Program-made: the position numbers and the translations under genes
In this document: positions 61,700 to 64,000 of the stretch, in pieces
Numbering within the stretch: the stretch's first letter is position 1
Layout of the letters: the number at the start of each line of letters is the position of its first letter
DNA from: Chlorokybus atmophyticus
Lineage: Eukaryota > Plantae > Mesostigma and Chlorokybus algae
Direction of reading: 5' to 3'
DNA: 64,000 nt
Assembly (NCBI GenBank): GCA_009103225.1
Contig: RHPI01000260.1
Coordinates: 786,317-850,316 of the forward strand
The notes under the pieces: generated by a model
The model's input: the letters and a program-made list of their open reading frames with translations, nothing else
The model's database searches: none
What the model was told of the DNA's origin: nothing

Positions 61700-63915
61700 G
61701 CTGATGTTCTGTGCAAGAAGCTGCCAACTAGCGGATATTTTGCTCAAATATCAGTGGCTGCATCCTGTGTTCAGACTGCAGTGGCGGCATCAAAACGGTC
61801 TGCTGCATGAGGTCATAAGTGCTTGCGGGTATTAATGTGTGTTGTACAGCAGATACACACACTTGCCCCACACAAGCTGACACCCCCGCTCCTGTGGCGG
61901 CAACAGTTCCGGGATGCTCTTCGCATCGGGAACGGCGTTCACGTGACGTTGCTGTAAACGGGGACAACGGGATGCTTCCACGCCACAGCCGGCAAAGCCA
62001 TCGACAGAGACTCGCTCGCGTGACGCATCAGCGACGAGTGAAAATCGCTGCTCACCTGCGGGCGCGATTGCATGTTTGCGTGAATACGTGGATACATGCA
62101 GATATACATACACACGCTCTGCATGCACGTGCACATGCCCACATGCCCACATGTAAGTGTATAGTTGTATGACGTTTGGGTATGTTTACCCGCGTACAAC
62201 TGTGGGCATGTATGTGTGTGCTCGTATGTGGTTGAAAGCTTGTGAACTCCGCATTGCACACCTCTAGAAATGCACGCATGGCGCCCTTTTGTATCGCCAG
62301 AGTGCCAAAGGCATCCATAGCGGCCTGCGTAGTTAAGAAGCTTTACACATTACCTTATCCTGTTGTTATGGTGGTGGTGGTAGGTATTTATGTTGTGTCG
62401 ACAACCACATCAAGGCACACCTTGTGTCCTGAGACAATGCTGCCTTGAGAAGAGAGGTAGTTGGCTACTTCAAGCACATTGTCCGGAAAGGCTCTTCGCC
62501 TATGAATGGCATTGCATGTCTGGTATCACCACTACCAATGACAACGACAACAACAACATTTACCCACACACACCACGCACCTGGTCAATGAGAGGGTGTA
62601 TGTCTGCGTCGTCAAGGCCAATGACCGAAAGCATCTTGTCCGGGCAGCTGCGCTGCGCCGCTGCCGTCATGCTCTCCGCACAACTTCACAAGCTGCAGGA
62701 GCAACACAACAGCATATGGTTGGAACACACACGTAAACACTGACATATACACGTACACACACATGCGTGCGCGCGCGCGTATCCACAAACCCACCTTGAG
62801 GGCGTTCTCAAACGACAATGCGCCTGCGAAAACGAGTGCTGGGTACATGCCCAACGACAGACCCGCCGCGGCGCTGCATTTCTTCATCTTTACGAGCCTG
62901 TCCGCCTGCGCCGCACAAGTCAACATGCAAATGTGAGAGAGGTGCAAGAAGACAGTTGGATTGTATGGACTTTCCAGTTGGTGCGTGCGTGTGTGCCTAT
63001 GCACACGCGTGTGCACGGACTTGTGCGCACACATGCGTGCATGTGCATATGCGTATGTGTCCGCAATGCATGGCGTGTGTGTGTGACAATTGTTTGCAAC
63101 TCCTGCAAACAACCCCTTGCCTTGGTTTTCTTGATGGCGGAGAGGGCCGCGGTGAGCAGCGCAGGCTGGGCGTACTTGGTGTCGTTGAGATGGTCGACGG
63201 GGCCGTCTGCCATCAGCTTTTCAACGTTGTAGCTCAGAACCTCCTTGACCAGCATGGCATTTCACTACAGGGAGCCTCAAACTCTCCTGAACATTGTCTT
63301 TACACTATACACAATGTGAGCTTCCTAGCTTCAAGGAAGCCAACACACACGTGCAAAAGCGCGCACACTCAACTGTATCCGCACACATACATGCACACAT
63401 GTGTGCACACGCATATGCATCGTGCGAGCAACCCCCACCATCTCCAACAACTCATCGTAAACAACCTCACGGCCATCTCCCTTGCGCACCTTGAGCATGC
63501 CAATCGCTTGGGACCCCTGCCCCGGCAAGAGGAACACGACTGGGCTGGATAGATTTTCAGGTAGTAACGCGGTTTAGTTCCCATTGCTGTTGCCAACATT
63601 GTCACCCACCTTCCTTCCCTCCAGGCTGTGATCTCCTCCTCCTTCTTGCGTCTCAGCTCCAGCTCCGGGGGTAGGGATGCTTGTAGTCCTCGTTCCATGC
63701 CTTGAAGGTGGTCCAGCCCGTAGTCGTGGAGTGTGCCCACCAATCGCCACCAATGTCCTCATGGGGATCCCTCACCTTGACCATGGCGGCGTACTTGGCG
63801 TCAAGGGACTTGAGCTTGGTCTGGACGACTGCACTCTACTGAATCTGCCAGGGGAGGTTCTCGCCAGGGTTGATGTAAGGGTCGTAGCGTTCATCTTGGT
63901 GGGGTCAGCGCCTTG
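61700..63915 (-). pseudogene. Spliced malonyl-CoA:ACP transacylase (FabD/AT)-like pseudogene with an N-terminal extension (possibly the end of an ankyrin repeat); upstream exons probably lie beyond the window
   Basis: VFLLPGQGSQAIGML, LNDTKYAQPAL, AGLSLGMY (GxSxG at 62849-62863), VKLCGE (R changed to C), VANYL, FHSSLM, PVYSNVT. Frameshifts near 62670, 62460 and 61940, and stops in the 63570-63830 exon. Confidence 0.8.
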
Positions 63916-64000
63916 TTCGCCAACAACAACAACAACAACAACAGCAGCAGTAATTGTTGTAAAGGGGGAAGGGGAAGGGGTAGGAGAAAGGGCTTAGAGG

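Overview
Eukaryotic nuclear DNA with many short spliceosomal introns (about 80-300 nt, rich in GCAC/CA repeats) and the standard genetic code. The gene content (plastid SecY2, PEX4, a QALGGH-like zinc finger, an MltB lytic transglycosylase) points to a green alga, most likely an early-diverging streptophyte; this is inference. About 0.4-44.6 kb is a compact block of roughly 14 apparently intact multi-exon genes, 12 of them in six head-to-head pairs: a Pro/Cys-rich protein, PhnP-like MBL hydrolase, SDR, C2/SRC2-like protein, AIG2/GGCT, C2H2+MBD protein, PH+Snf7-like protein, PEX4, SCY2, DUF4050, an unknown gene, PPAT, a UPF1/IGHMBP2-like helicase and MltB. From about 45 kb to the end the sequence is decayed. 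It holds a spliced P-loop ATPase pseudogene, two gag remnants in opposite orientation, a Sola2-like DDE transposase remnant, a dead aspartic protease, AT-rich DNA and a frameshifted acyltransferase pseudogene. I saw no rRNA, tRNA or CRISPR array. The strongest leads are the intron-containing MltB with a lipobox-like anchor (plastid peptidoglycan remodelling), the apparent PH-ESCRT-III fusion and the C2H2 protein with an atypical MBD. Exon chains and alignments were done by hand and no database searches were run.
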